Origin: Candidatus Cloacimonadales bacterium
GTDB lineage: Bacteria; Cloacimonadota; Cloacimonadia; Cloacimonadales; JAIOQZ01
Assembly: GCA_963662655.2 (NCBI GenBank)
Contig: CAXXTU010000002.1
Span: 1 to 64,000, forward strand
Length of the DNA stretch: 64,000 nucleotides
Direction: 5' to 3'
In this document: in pieces, positions 8,181-16,181 of the stretch
Position numbering within the stretch: the stretch's first letter is position 1
Layout of the letters: each line of letters opens with the position of its first letter
Translations under genes and position numbers: made by a program
The notes under the pieces: model-generated
The model's database searches: none
Seen by the model: only the letters and a program-made list of their open reading frames with translations
Told to the model about the DNA's origin: nothing

Positions 8181-9041
8181 ATGCCCGAAACCACCAACTT
8201 CAACCTCTACAAGCCGGTCGCCGGGGAATCCGGATGGGCCGCCGCGCTCAACGGCAACCTCGACACCATCGACGCGCTGTTGTACTCGCACCAGACCAGC
8301 ATCGACGGCCATACGGGAACCGGCGGCAACAAGCACAACGCAGAGCAAATCCGCACCTCGGACGGCTCGGATGTGCAGTCGGCATTGGCTGGCAAATCCA
8401 GCCTGCACCACTCGCATCAAGCAGAGGACATCATCCTACCCGACAACAACAATATCGGGCATCACATCGACGATATCAATGACGTGCTCGTCGTCCTGCA
8501 GAACGGCAAGGCGGACGTCACTCACGAGCACGCGGAATACGCCCTGCAAACCGCTCTGGACACGGTCGAGAACACGCTCGATCTGCTGCTGCCCGACCTC
8601 GAACCGGTCACGCTGGGTGTGGACGTAGTCAATCGCAGTGGCGGTATCCGTATCCTGTTCAATACGACGCCGACGGTGCATTTCTCGCAGGCAGAAATCC
8701 TCGTCGAGAAGGACGGCGTGGAGGTGCATCACGAGGCGGTTCTGAGCACATGCGTGTTCATCGCGGGGAGCGAACTGAGCGGCGTCGAGAACGGCGATGT
8801 GATCAACCTCTCCGTGACCCTCTACAGCGGCCTTAGCTCGAAGATCAAGAAGGTCGATCACACCTACGCGACAACCACTTCGCCGCTCGAGGAGCGCATC
8901 GAGACCATCGAGACGCAGCTAACGCTGGGCAACATCATCGACGCCTTCGCGCAGGACGAGGACGCGCTGCAAGCCCTCGCCAACGTGCTGCACTCGTCCA
9001 ACACCCTCGCGCAGAAGGTCTCGGAGCTGATGCAGACGTGA
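8181..9041 (+). CDS. Phage tail fibre/baseplate-associated protein
   Basis: N-terminus TTNFNLYKP...LNGNLDTIDALL is typical of fibre attachment regions; HxH repeats; RBS AGGAGG. Confidence 0.75.
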   Translation: MPETTNFNLYKPVAGESGWAAALNGNLDTIDALLYSHQTSIDGHTGTGGNKHNAEQIRTSDGSDVQSALAGKSSLHHSHQAEDIILPDNNNIGHHIDDINDVLVVLQNGKADVTHEHAEYALQTALDTVENTLDLLLPDLEPVTLGVDVVNRSGGIRILFNTTPTVHFSQAEILVEKDGVEVHHEAVLSTCVFIAGSELSGVENGDVINLSVTLYSGLSSKIKKVDHTYATTTSPLEERIETIETQLTLGNIIDAFAQDEDALQALANVLHSSNTLAQKVSELMQT

Positions 9042-9280
9042 GCACCATTCGCCAGAACACCGTCTGGGATTTGATCCACCGTAAGACCAAACCGACAGTC
9101 TCCACAGACCGCGATATCGCTTTCGTGAAGACCATCTATTCCACGGTGGACGAGAAGGAAGACCTCGGGATTCACGACGAGAATCTCGTTCTCACAGGCG
9201 CGGATTTTCCGCAGGACGCGAAGCCGGGGCAGGTGTTCATAAAGAACGGAAAACCCTACATATATAAGGAGAACGAATGA
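9038..9280 (+). CDS. Small phage tail-associated protein
   Basis: GTGA overlap with the upstream gene; C-terminal FPQDAKPGQVFIKNGKPYIY. Confidence 0.65.
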   Translation: MSTIRQNTVWDLIHRKTKPTVSTDRDIAFVKTIYSTVDEKEDLGIHDENLVLTGADFPQDAKPGQVFIKNGKPYIYKENE

Positions 9281-9435
9281 CGCAAACAGAACTCTATCAA
9301 ACCACCAAGCTGGAGCTGACCCACGAATACGAGCGGCTCCAGAGACTCATCCAGGAATCGCGCGAAAAGCTGCTCAAGACCGAGGGCGCGCTACTACTTC
9401 TCGGACGTCTTGAGCGTGAAACGAAGGGGGCGTAA
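9277..9435 (+). CDS. Small coiled-coil phage protein (52 aa; not in the ORF track)
   Basis: MTQTELYQTTKLELTHEYERLQRLIQESREKLLKTEGALLLLGRLERETKGA; RBS AAGGAG; ATGA and TAATG couplings on either side. Confidence 0.75.
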   Translation: MTQTELYQTTKLELTHEYERLQRLIQESREKLLKTEGALLLLGRLERETKGA

Positions 9436-9911
9436 TGGCAGGCACATGGCAGGAAATCCTCGACTCCGGGCAACTCGGTGTCGCCAACGGTATCGCCCAG
9501 CTCGACAAGTCGGGAAAGCTGATCACCGAGCAGATCCCGCAGATCGAGCCGGGCAACATCACAGGTACGCTCAGCGCAAGCCAGATCCCCGACCTCGACG
9601 CATCGAAGATCACCACCGGTACATTCATTGTGGATCGCGTACCAGACCTCGATGCAGCCAAAATCACGTCCGGAACCCTCGCCACCGACCGCATCCCGAT
9701 GCTCTCTCAGAGCAAGATATCCGGACTTACCACGGCCCTCGCGGCCAAAGTCGAGACACGCACCAAGATCAATGGTCACGCGCTGGAAGGCGACATCAAG
9801 CTCGAGACCACCGACATCATCGAGGAGGTTACTGAGCTGCCTGAAGAGGGCGTCATCGGTGAGGTCGTGGCATACGGCGGGAAGCTGTACGTGTGGAGTG
9901 GTGATAAGTAG
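9435..9911 (+). CDS. Short tail-fibre-like protein with (I/V)PDLDAxKITxGT repeats
   Basis: About four ~18-aa repeats of a phage fibre-shaft type; last gene before the terminator. Confidence 0.75.
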   Translation: MAGTWQEILDSGQLGVANGIAQLDKSGKLITEQIPQIEPGNITGTLSASQIPDLDASKITTGTFIVDRVPDLDAAKITSGTLATDRIPMLSQSKISGLTTALAAKVETRTKINGHALEGDIKLETTDIIEEVTELPEEGVIGEVVAYGGKLYVWSGDK

Positions 9912-9927
9912 GATTATCGAGCATCGC

Positions 9928-9961
9928 AGGCCTGAGTCGAGAGATTCAGGCCTTTCTATTT
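9928..9961 (+). terminator. Intrinsic terminator of the phage late operon
   Basis: AGGCCTGAGTC-GAGA-GATTCAGGCCT followed by TTCTATTT. Confidence 0.8.
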
Positions 9962-10031
9962 GCCATCATCTTGATACTCATATCTAACAACAGAGACCGC
10001 AATCATTAGGCTCCAAATCAGCCCGAAATCG

Positions 10032-10344
10032 ATGCCACGAATTTGGCAAGAGCTTGCCAAGAAAGTGAGAACATGACCGAAATGCAGGCTGAGAAAGGAT
10101 GTGAGACCGTTTTCTGTCCGATTCGTTCTCAGGATAATGGCGAGAATTTGCCATTATCTTGATACTTCCCCGCTAACCTCTCGTCGTCGTATAGAGATAC
10201 CCGCGAAACACGCTGATATCCGGTATCAAGCTCGTGGCAAGGCTTGCCAGCATCGTGATACAATTTGCCACGAAAAGTGATACTTTTTGCCAAAAAGGGT
10301 GAGACTGCACACACTTTTTGCCAAATCGCGTGTCACTTTATACA
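10032..10344. repeat. Transposon-type right end: nine copies of a bipartite motif plus terminal TGTATAAA (minus strand)
   Basis: TTGCCA-N6/7-TG(A/T)(T/G/C)A at 10054, 10148, 10244, 10265, 10287 and 10318. Inverted copies with TGGC(A/G)A at 10044, 10138 and 10235. The last site is followed by TTTATACA. Confidence 0.85.
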
Positions 10345-10452
10345 CACAAACAGAAATTTTATATGCAAAAATATTTCGATTTTGCTTGTTTTTTTCTTGC
10401 AAAAATATTATCTTCATAGAAACTTTGACGCTGTGAAATATGTGGAGGAAAA

Positions 10453-10701
10453 ATGGAAAGATTACGACAGAAGAAAGTGATTGTGTTCTCTACACCTACT
10501 TGTGCCTGGTGTATCAAACTCAAGAGCTACCTTCGATCCAAGAACGTGAGGTTTCAGGACGTGGATGTATCCAGAAATGCATCCGCCGCCCGAGACATGG
10601 TCCGCAAGACCGGACAGCAGGGTGTTCCGCAAACCTGGATCAATAATCAACCGGTAGTCGGATTCGATAAGGCAAAGATCGACCGGATGCTTGGAATATA
10701 A
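10453..10701 (+). CDS. Glutaredoxin-like protein (NrdH/YruB type)
   Basis: STPTCAWC, TGQQGVPQ, VVGFD. Confidence 0.92.
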   Translation: MERLRQKKVIVFSTPTCAWCIKLKSYLRSKNVRFQDVDVSRNASAARDMVRKTGQQGVPQTWINNQPVVGFDKAKIDRMLGI

Positions 10702-10714
10702 TCAGGGGAAAATA

Positions 10715-11176
10715 ATGAAGACGAAGATCGCGAATTTCTTGAAAATCTCTCAGGAACTCTATTTGCTTTTCAGCGATAACGATTCTCTGCAGAGGCACTG
10801 CATCAAGATCGGCAGGATGGAGTGTGGCCTGATACAGTACCTGTACAGGGTACGCAAGCCGGTTTGCATGAATGATCTTGCCGAGCAGCTTTGCGTTTCG
10901 CACAGCCGGATTACACGTATTGTGGATAATCTTGTAAAAAAAGGACTCGTGAAGCGTTATCCTTCCATGGAGGATCGCAGGAAATGGTTCACCGAGATTA
11001 CCGACGACGGGCTTGCAACAGCGAAGCGCGCAGAAGACGAGAACAACGATCTTCAGAAGCAGATCATCGAGTCGATACCCGATGACGAAGTGGATACAAT
11101 CGTGGAGAGCCTTCAGAAGTACATACAGGCTTTCAGGGCAACAATCGAAGCGAAAGAGGAGATGACCAATGGCTAA
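10715..11176 (+). CDS. MarR-family transcriptional regulator
   Basis: LAEQLCVSHSRITRIVDNLVKKGLVKR...DRR wHTH motif. Confidence 0.9.
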   Translation: MKTKIANFLKISQELYLLFSDNDSLQRHCIKIGRMECGLIQYLYRVRKPVCMNDLAEQLCVSHSRITRIVDNLVKKGLVKRYPSMEDRRKWFTEITDDGLATAKRAEDENNDLQKQIIESIPDDEVDTIVESLQKYIQAFRATIEAKEEMTNG

Positions 11177-11597
11177 TAAAACAGTCGTGGAATGGACGAA
11201 CGGCATGACTTTCCAGATCGATATGGAAGGCCACAAGTTCATGGTGGACGCTGATGTGAAGTACGGCGGACAAGACCTCGGGCCAAAGCCGAAGCCGCTG
11301 CTTCTTGCCGGTTTGGGCGGGTGCTCCGGGATGGACACGGTATCAATCCTGAACAAGATGAAAGTGGAAGATTTCAAATTCAAGATGGAAGTTTGGGGCG
11401 ACAGTGCGAAGGAACATCCCGCTGTTTACACCACGATCTATATCGACTACCTTTTCGAAGGCGAGGATATTCCGGAGGACAAGGTGAAAAAGGCGGTAGC
11501 GCTTTCGCAAGAACGTTACTGCGGCGTTTGGGCAATGCTGTCGAAGGCAGCGGAAATGAAGGCGAGAATTCTGATAAACGGAAAGGAGATATCATGA
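11169..11597 (+). CDS. OsmC/YhfA family protein
   Basis: GPKPKPLLLAGLGGCSGMD...SQERYCGV. Confidence 0.92.
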   Translation: MANKTVVEWTNGMTFQIDMEGHKFMVDADVKYGGQDLGPKPKPLLLAGLGGCSGMDTVSILNKMKVEDFKFKMEVWGDSAKEHPAVYTTIYIDYLFEGEDIPEDKVKKAVALSQERYCGVWAMLSKAAEMKARILINGKEIS

Positions 11598-12052
11598 AGA
11601 AAATACATCTGATTTCATTACTGGTGATTATGTTTGCCGTCAGCATGCTTTCGGCAGAAGAATATACGGATGATTCCGGGCTTGTATGGCAGACCGACCT
11701 GGACGATGCACTGGCGATCGCAAAAGAAAACGGGAAACCGATCCTGATTAATTTCACCGGATCAGATTGGTGCATCTGGTGTATCCGGTTGAGAGACGAG
11801 GTCTTTTCGAAAGATGCCTTCCAGGAGTATGCGAAGGAAAACCTGAACATGGTGTTTCTCGATTTCCCGCGCAGCAAGAAGCAAAGCGATGAGGTCAAGG
11901 CTGAGAATCGCAGAGTGATGAATCTTTACGGCGTTCAGGGATTCCCGACCATTATCCTGCTCGACAGCGAGGGGAAATTGATCGGGAAGACCGGTTACCG
12001 GGACGGTGGGCCGGAGCCTTATGTGAAGCATTTGCAAGAGTTTCTCAAGTGA
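11594..12052 (+). CDS. Exported thioredoxin-family protein
   Basis: Signal peptide; FTGSDWCIWC; GFPT. Confidence 0.9.
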   Translation: MKKIHLISLLVIMFAVSMLSAEEYTDDSGLVWQTDLDDALAIAKENGKPILINFTGSDWCIWCIRLRDEVFSKDAFQEYAKENLNMVFLDFPRSKKQSDEVKAENRRVMNLYGVQGFPTIILLDSEGKLIGKTGYRDGGPEPYVKHLQEFLK

Positions 12053-12277
12053 CAGGACGCTGTTGCAGACAATGAACGATTTTGGTTTCCGGCTGTGGCG
12101 GACGTCGCAGCCGGAAAGCTGTATATACGGGTATTGATTTACAGGAATCGGTGGTGTAAACGATTGAATTTGTTTGCGGAAGCGTCTGTTGCGCAAAATT
12201 GACGATTATTTCGTTTACAAAAAAAGTGGCTAGCGGATTCTTGAACCATATCATTGATGTAACAGGAGATAAATATT

Positions 12278-13726
12278 ATGGAACGGACTTGCGGAATCCT
12301 TCTGCATCCAACATCATTGCCGTCGCCGTTCGGAATCGGTGATTTCGGGCAAAGCGCGTATAGATTCGTCGATTTTCTTCTAGAGGCCGGTCAGCACTTG
12401 TGGCAGATATTGCCTCTGACATACCCCGGGTACGGCAATTCACCGTACAACGCGATCTCCGCGTTTGCTGGGAATCCGGCGTTGATAGACCCCATCCAGC
12501 TTATGCAAATGGGATTGCTCGATCGAAATGAAGTTCTTCAGATACCTTCGTTCGATCCGAATCGCGTGGATTTCGGGCCGGTTGTCGATTTCAAGAATTC
12601 CCTCCTGCGTAAGGCGTTCGAGCGTTTTCAGCAGAAGGGAGACAACGGCGAATGTCAGAAGTATCGCGATGATAACGAATACTGGCTCAAGGATTTCACG
12701 ATCTTCATTACGTTGAAGAACCACTTCAAGCATCTCCCCTGGAATCAGTGGGATGAGAAGTTCCATGATAATCGATCGGAAGAAACGGGTGAACTTTACA
12801 AGACAATGAAGGTTGAAAGCGATTTTCATGCTTTCGTGCAGTACATTTTCCACTTGCAGTGGACGAAACTGAAGCAATACGCGAACGATAAGGGGATAAG
12901 AATCGTTGGAGATCTACCGATTTACGTATCCTACGACAGCGCAGATGTATGGAGTCACAGGGACTTGTATCATCTGGACAGCCAGGGCAAGCCGGAAATC
13001 GTGGCGGGAGTTCCGCCGGATTATTTCTCGGAAACCGGTCAGCTATGGGGCAATCCAATCTATGATTGGGAGACCATGCGTCAGAACGATTACGCCTGGT
13101 GGAAGGCTCGCATGGGAGCTCTGCATGAGAAAGTCGATATGGTTCGCATCGACCACTTTATCGGTTTTGTGCGCTACTGGGCTGTTCCATACGGCGAAGC
13201 GACCGCTGTTAACGGCGATTGGCGGACTGGCCCCGGCAAGCAATTCTTCGAGTCGTTGATGAATACGTACCCCGGATATCCCATCATCGCTGAAGACCTC
13301 GGCGTTGTTACTGACGAGGTGATCGAGATTCGCAATCAGTTCGGTTTCCCGGGTATGCAAGTCTTGCAGTTCATGTTTGATGACATGAACTGGGATTTCG
13401 AGGAAAACACGATTGTTTACACCGGTACGCATGACAACGACACCACCCGTGGCTGGTTCGAAAAGCTGGAGACAGAGAATCTGCATCTATTCAAGAAGGT
13501 GTCCGATTACCTGGCTACCGATAACGAGCACATCGCGAGAGACTTGATTCAGTTTGCCTACCAGACGAACGGTAAATACGTGATTATCCCCTTGCAGGAT
13601 GTTATTAATCTGGATACCTCCGCAAGAATGAATGTTCCGGGAATCGCAGATGGAAACTGGGAATGGCGTTTTCGCGAAAACATGCTTAAATCGGAAGACG
13701 CGCAATGGCTTAAAAGCCTACAATAA
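12278..13726 (+). CDS. malQ: 4-alpha-glucanotransferase (GH77)
   Basis: GILLHPTSLP, WQILPL, GVPPDYFS.TGQLWGNP, RIDHF, YTGTHDNDT, RMNVPG. Confidence 0.97.
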   Translation: MERTCGILLHPTSLPSPFGIGDFGQSAYRFVDFLLEAGQHLWQILPLTYPGYGNSPYNAISAFAGNPALIDPIQLMQMGLLDRNEVLQIPSFDPNRVDFGPVVDFKNSLLRKAFERFQQKGDNGECQKYRDDNEYWLKDFTIFITLKNHFKHLPWNQWDEKFHDNRSEETGELYKTMKVESDFHAFVQYIFHLQWTKLKQYANDKGIRIVGDLPIYVSYDSADVWSHRDLYHLDSQGKPEIVAGVPPDYFSETGQLWGNPIYDWETMRQNDYAWWKARMGALHEKVDMVRIDHFIGFVRYWAVPYGEATAVNGDWRTGPGKQFFESLMNTYPGYPIIAEDLGVVTDEVIEIRNQFGFPGMQVLQFMFDDMNWDFEENTIVYTGTHDNDTTRGWFEKLETENLHLFKKVSDYLATDNEHIARDLIQFAYQTNGKYVIIPLQDVINLDTSARMNVPGIADGNWEWRFRENMLKSEDAQWLKSLQ

Positions 13727-13746
13727 AAGCGATAGATTCTTTATGG

Positions 13747-13775
13747 GACCGCAGGAAATCTGCGGTCTTTTTTTT
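13747..13775 (+). terminator. Intrinsic terminator after malQ
   Basis: GACCGCAG-GAAAT-CTGCGGTC-T8. Confidence 0.85.
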
Positions 13776-13790
13776 GTCCGGGAGGAATGA

Positions 13791-13903
13791 GCAGGTTTGT
13801 AGGATCGCATCGCGAAGACGTGGTGTTACACATCCTTTTATTGCGTTCGATAGGTTCAGGGTGTGTTATATCCACGTCGTAGCATGCGATCATGCAAAGA
13901 TGC
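13791..13903 (-). repeat. Hairpin repeat family 1, copy D
   Basis: Reverse complement reads GCATCTTTGCATGATC...GTGGATATAACACACCC...GGATGTGTAACACCAC...GATCCTACAAACCTGC. Confidence 0.8.
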
Positions 13904-13951
13904 CATTCCGTTCGACGAATACATGAGATTGAGCATTTCCTTACCGTTCTT

Positions 13952-14066
13952 GCATCTTCGCCCGATCCCTTCCTCCAGCGTGAATATAACACGCTCTTAC
14001 AAACTACCGGATATAAACAAAAGAGCGTGTAACACCACGCAGGAGGAAGGGATCGAACGAATCTGC
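13952..14066 (+). repeat. Hairpin repeat family 1, copy A
   Basis: GCATCTTCGCCCGATC...GTGAATATAACACGCTC...GAGCGTGTAACACCAC...GATCGAACGAATCTGC. Confidence 0.88.
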
Positions 14067-14175
14067 GGCGAACTCGTGCAATTTGATTTTTATTCAGTTC
14101 CTTGAAAATACAAGTATATGAAAATGCTTGACATCTCGAAAATGTGAGTGCTTTTTACCTGAAAAGGAGAATATT

Positions 14176-14634
14176 ATGGAGCGTTCATCGATAGATTATT
14201 TATGCTACTGTGGTCTTTATTGCCGGAGCTGTACATTGATAACTAAAACACCGCAGACAGCGTCGAAACTGCGCGATATCCTGAAAGCGGATGGCTGGGA
14301 AGGTTATGGTGAATATGTTTATGCAGGATTTGGCGTTTTCTGGGATATCTTGCAGAAGATGAGCAATCTTGCCGAGACATCGTCCTTGTGTCGCGGAGGC
14401 TGTGGCGATCCCGAGTGCAAAATCCGTGAGTGCGCTCAGGGGAAGGGAATTGACGTATGCGCGTTGTGCGAGCAGTATCCTTGCGAACTTGTGAGCGAAT
14501 TCGACAAGAAATACAAAGTGATTCGCAGGAATAACGATCGAATTCGGGAGATCGGCCTTGATGCGTGGTTTTCCGAGATGGACCAGAGAGCGGAGCAAGG
14601 CGAGGTGTTTCAGGATATGTTCGAGAGTCTTTAA
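14176..14634 (+). CDS. DUF3795-type Cys-rich protein
   Basis: YCGLYCRSC, CRGGCG..C.IR.C, CALC.QYPC; RBS AAGGAG. Confidence 0.85.
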   Translation: MERSSIDYLCYCGLYCRSCTLITKTPQTASKLRDILKADGWEGYGEYVYAGFGVFWDILQKMSNLAETSSLCRGGCGDPECKIRECAQGKGIDVCALCEQYPCELVSEFDKKYKVIRRNNDRIREIGLDAWFSEMDQRAEQGEVFQDMFESL

Positions 14635-14663
14635 CATGAAACGAATGAAGTGGATATGCAAAA

Positions 14664-16181
14664 ATGGGAAAATACGACAGTAAGCTGGATGAATTCGGGG
14701 AATTGCTTGAGCAGCTGATTCAGGATGAATCGCATCGCTCCACGATGGATGTGTTGGCCTTCCTGCATTGGATTCGGGATGAGAAGATAAACCTGAACCT
14801 TTATCCGTCGCTTGTCGAAAACCTGGTGAAAAGCTCGGATGTCATTGCGAAAAGCCTTGAGAATTCAACCCTGTTTGAAGAAGAATTCCAGTTCTTCTAT
14901 ATGCTAGCCAGAACATTGTTCGCCAGGCATGATTACGATAACATGCTGGAACTCGGGATAAAAGCGATCAACGTCTTCGAGAAAATGGATGAGGACGTAC
15001 AGGAAAAGCATCAGCTCAAGGCATCCAATACACATTACTATTGTGGTTTTGCTTGTTTCATTTACTCGAATTACAACCAAGCATCAGCGCACTATTATTC
15101 TGCGCTTAACATCTTCGATCAACTAGGTCGGGAGCAAAACCGGGCCAGACTACATAACGGCCTGGGCTTCGTATATCGGAACATGAAAGATTACCCCTCT
15201 GCGATGGAGCATTTCCAGAAGGCGTTCGAGTCTGCTCACAATACCGGAGAACGAGACAACGAAGTCATTTCTCTGAATGAAATCGGTAACATCTACATGC
15301 TCCAGAAGAATTACGCAAAATCGGCGGAATTCCATCAAAAAGCCTTGAATATTGCCGTGGAGAACAAATCGGAAGCCCTGAACGCGTTTGTGTATCACGA
15401 TATCGGCGTAATGTATTATGAGATGGATCAGCTCGAGAAATCGATCGAATACTTTATGAAGCACTTCAATCTCACGAAAGATACCCAGACCGTGCGCGAA
15501 AAGGCGATTACATCACTCAACCTGGGCGCTATTCAAACCAAGATGGAGAATTACAAGGAAGCAAAAAGCTACATAATAGAAGCTCTGGATTTCGCGATAG
15601 AGGCGAACGCGCTCTACGAGCAAGGGCTTGCACACGAACAGCTTGCCCTTATTTGCGATGAAATGAAGGATCACGAAGAAGCCTTCTCGCACATGTACGA
15701 CGCCTACCAGTTGCGCGAGAAGGTGTTCAACGACGAATCGGTGAGGCAGATCAGCAATCTGCAACTGAAATACGAATCGGAAGCCAAGAAACGCGAGGCG
15801 GAAATCTATCGGCTGAAAAACGTCGAACTCGTCGAGGCAAACGAGAAGCTTCGGGAATCCTACGAAAGACTCGAGAGCGCGCAAAACGAGATCATCCAGC
15901 TTGAAAAGCAAAAATCCGTCTGGGCGATGGCGGTGACGGCGAATCATGAGATCAACCAGCCATTGATGGTCATCCGCGGAAACATGGACCTCCTTCGGAT
16001 GAAGCTGGAGGCATTCGGTATCAAGGATTTGCCGCAACATTACCTCGATAATATCGAAAAATCGATAAGCAGAATCGGCGATATTCTGCAAAAGTTCAAG
16101 GAAAAATGTCCGGTTCGCTATACCGATTACAGCTCGAAAACGGAGATGGTCGTTTTTGATGAAGAAGGTAAGAATGATTGA
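14664..16181 (+). CDS. TPR-repeat protein with C-terminal HisKA (DHp) segment, no ATPase domain
   Basis: Multiple TPRs, coiled coil, AVTANHEINQPL H-box, stop ~70 aa later. Confidence 0.85.
   Translation: MGKYDSKLDEFGELLEQLIQDESHRSTMDVLAFLHWIRDEKINLNLYPSLVENLVKSSDVIAKSLENSTLFEEEFQFFYMLARTLFARHDYDNMLELGIKAINVFEKMDEDVQEKHQLKASNTHYYCGFACFIYSNYNQASAHYYSALNIFDQLGREQNRARLHNGLGFVYRNMKDYPSAMEHFQKAFESAHNTGERDNEVISLNEIGNIYMLQKNYAKSAEFHQKALNIAVENKSEALNAFVYHDIGVMYYEMDQLEKSIEYFMKHFNLTKDTQTVREKAITSLNLGAIQTKMENYKEAKSYIIEALDFAIEANALYEQGLAHEQLALICDEMKDHEEAFSHMYDAYQLREKVFNDESVRQISNLQLKYESEAKKREAEIYRLKNVELVEANEKLRESYERLESAQNEIIQLEKQKSVWAMAVTANHEINQPLMVIRGNMDLLRMKLEAFGIKDLPQHYLDNIEKSISRIGDILQKFKEKCPVRYTDYSSKTEMVVFDEEGKND

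Larger units (their letters stand above)
1..10344 (+). mobile_element. Right part of a prophage (probably transposable and defective); left part lies outside the window
   Basis: Co-directional portal, protease-capsid, tail tube, chaperone, MTase and tail genes with strong C/G-ending codon bias. Ends in a repeated-site array and TTTATACA, followed immediately by AT-rich host promoter DNA and a host operon. Confidence 0.9.

Noticed and set aside
8181..9911. Diversity-generating retroelement or invertible tail-fibre cassette
   Set aside because: No reverse transcriptase, invertase, TR/VR pair or inverted fibre copies seen.
10032..10336. End array as CRISPR, iterons or an integrase att site
   Set aside because: Mixed orientations, a bipartite motif and a TGT terminus fit transposon-type ends better. 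No tRNA, rep gene or att core is visible.
13791..14066. Family-1 hairpins as classical integron attC sites
   Set aside because: No RYYYAAC/GTTRRRY ends, copies are dispersed rather than one per cassette, and there is no integrase in the window.
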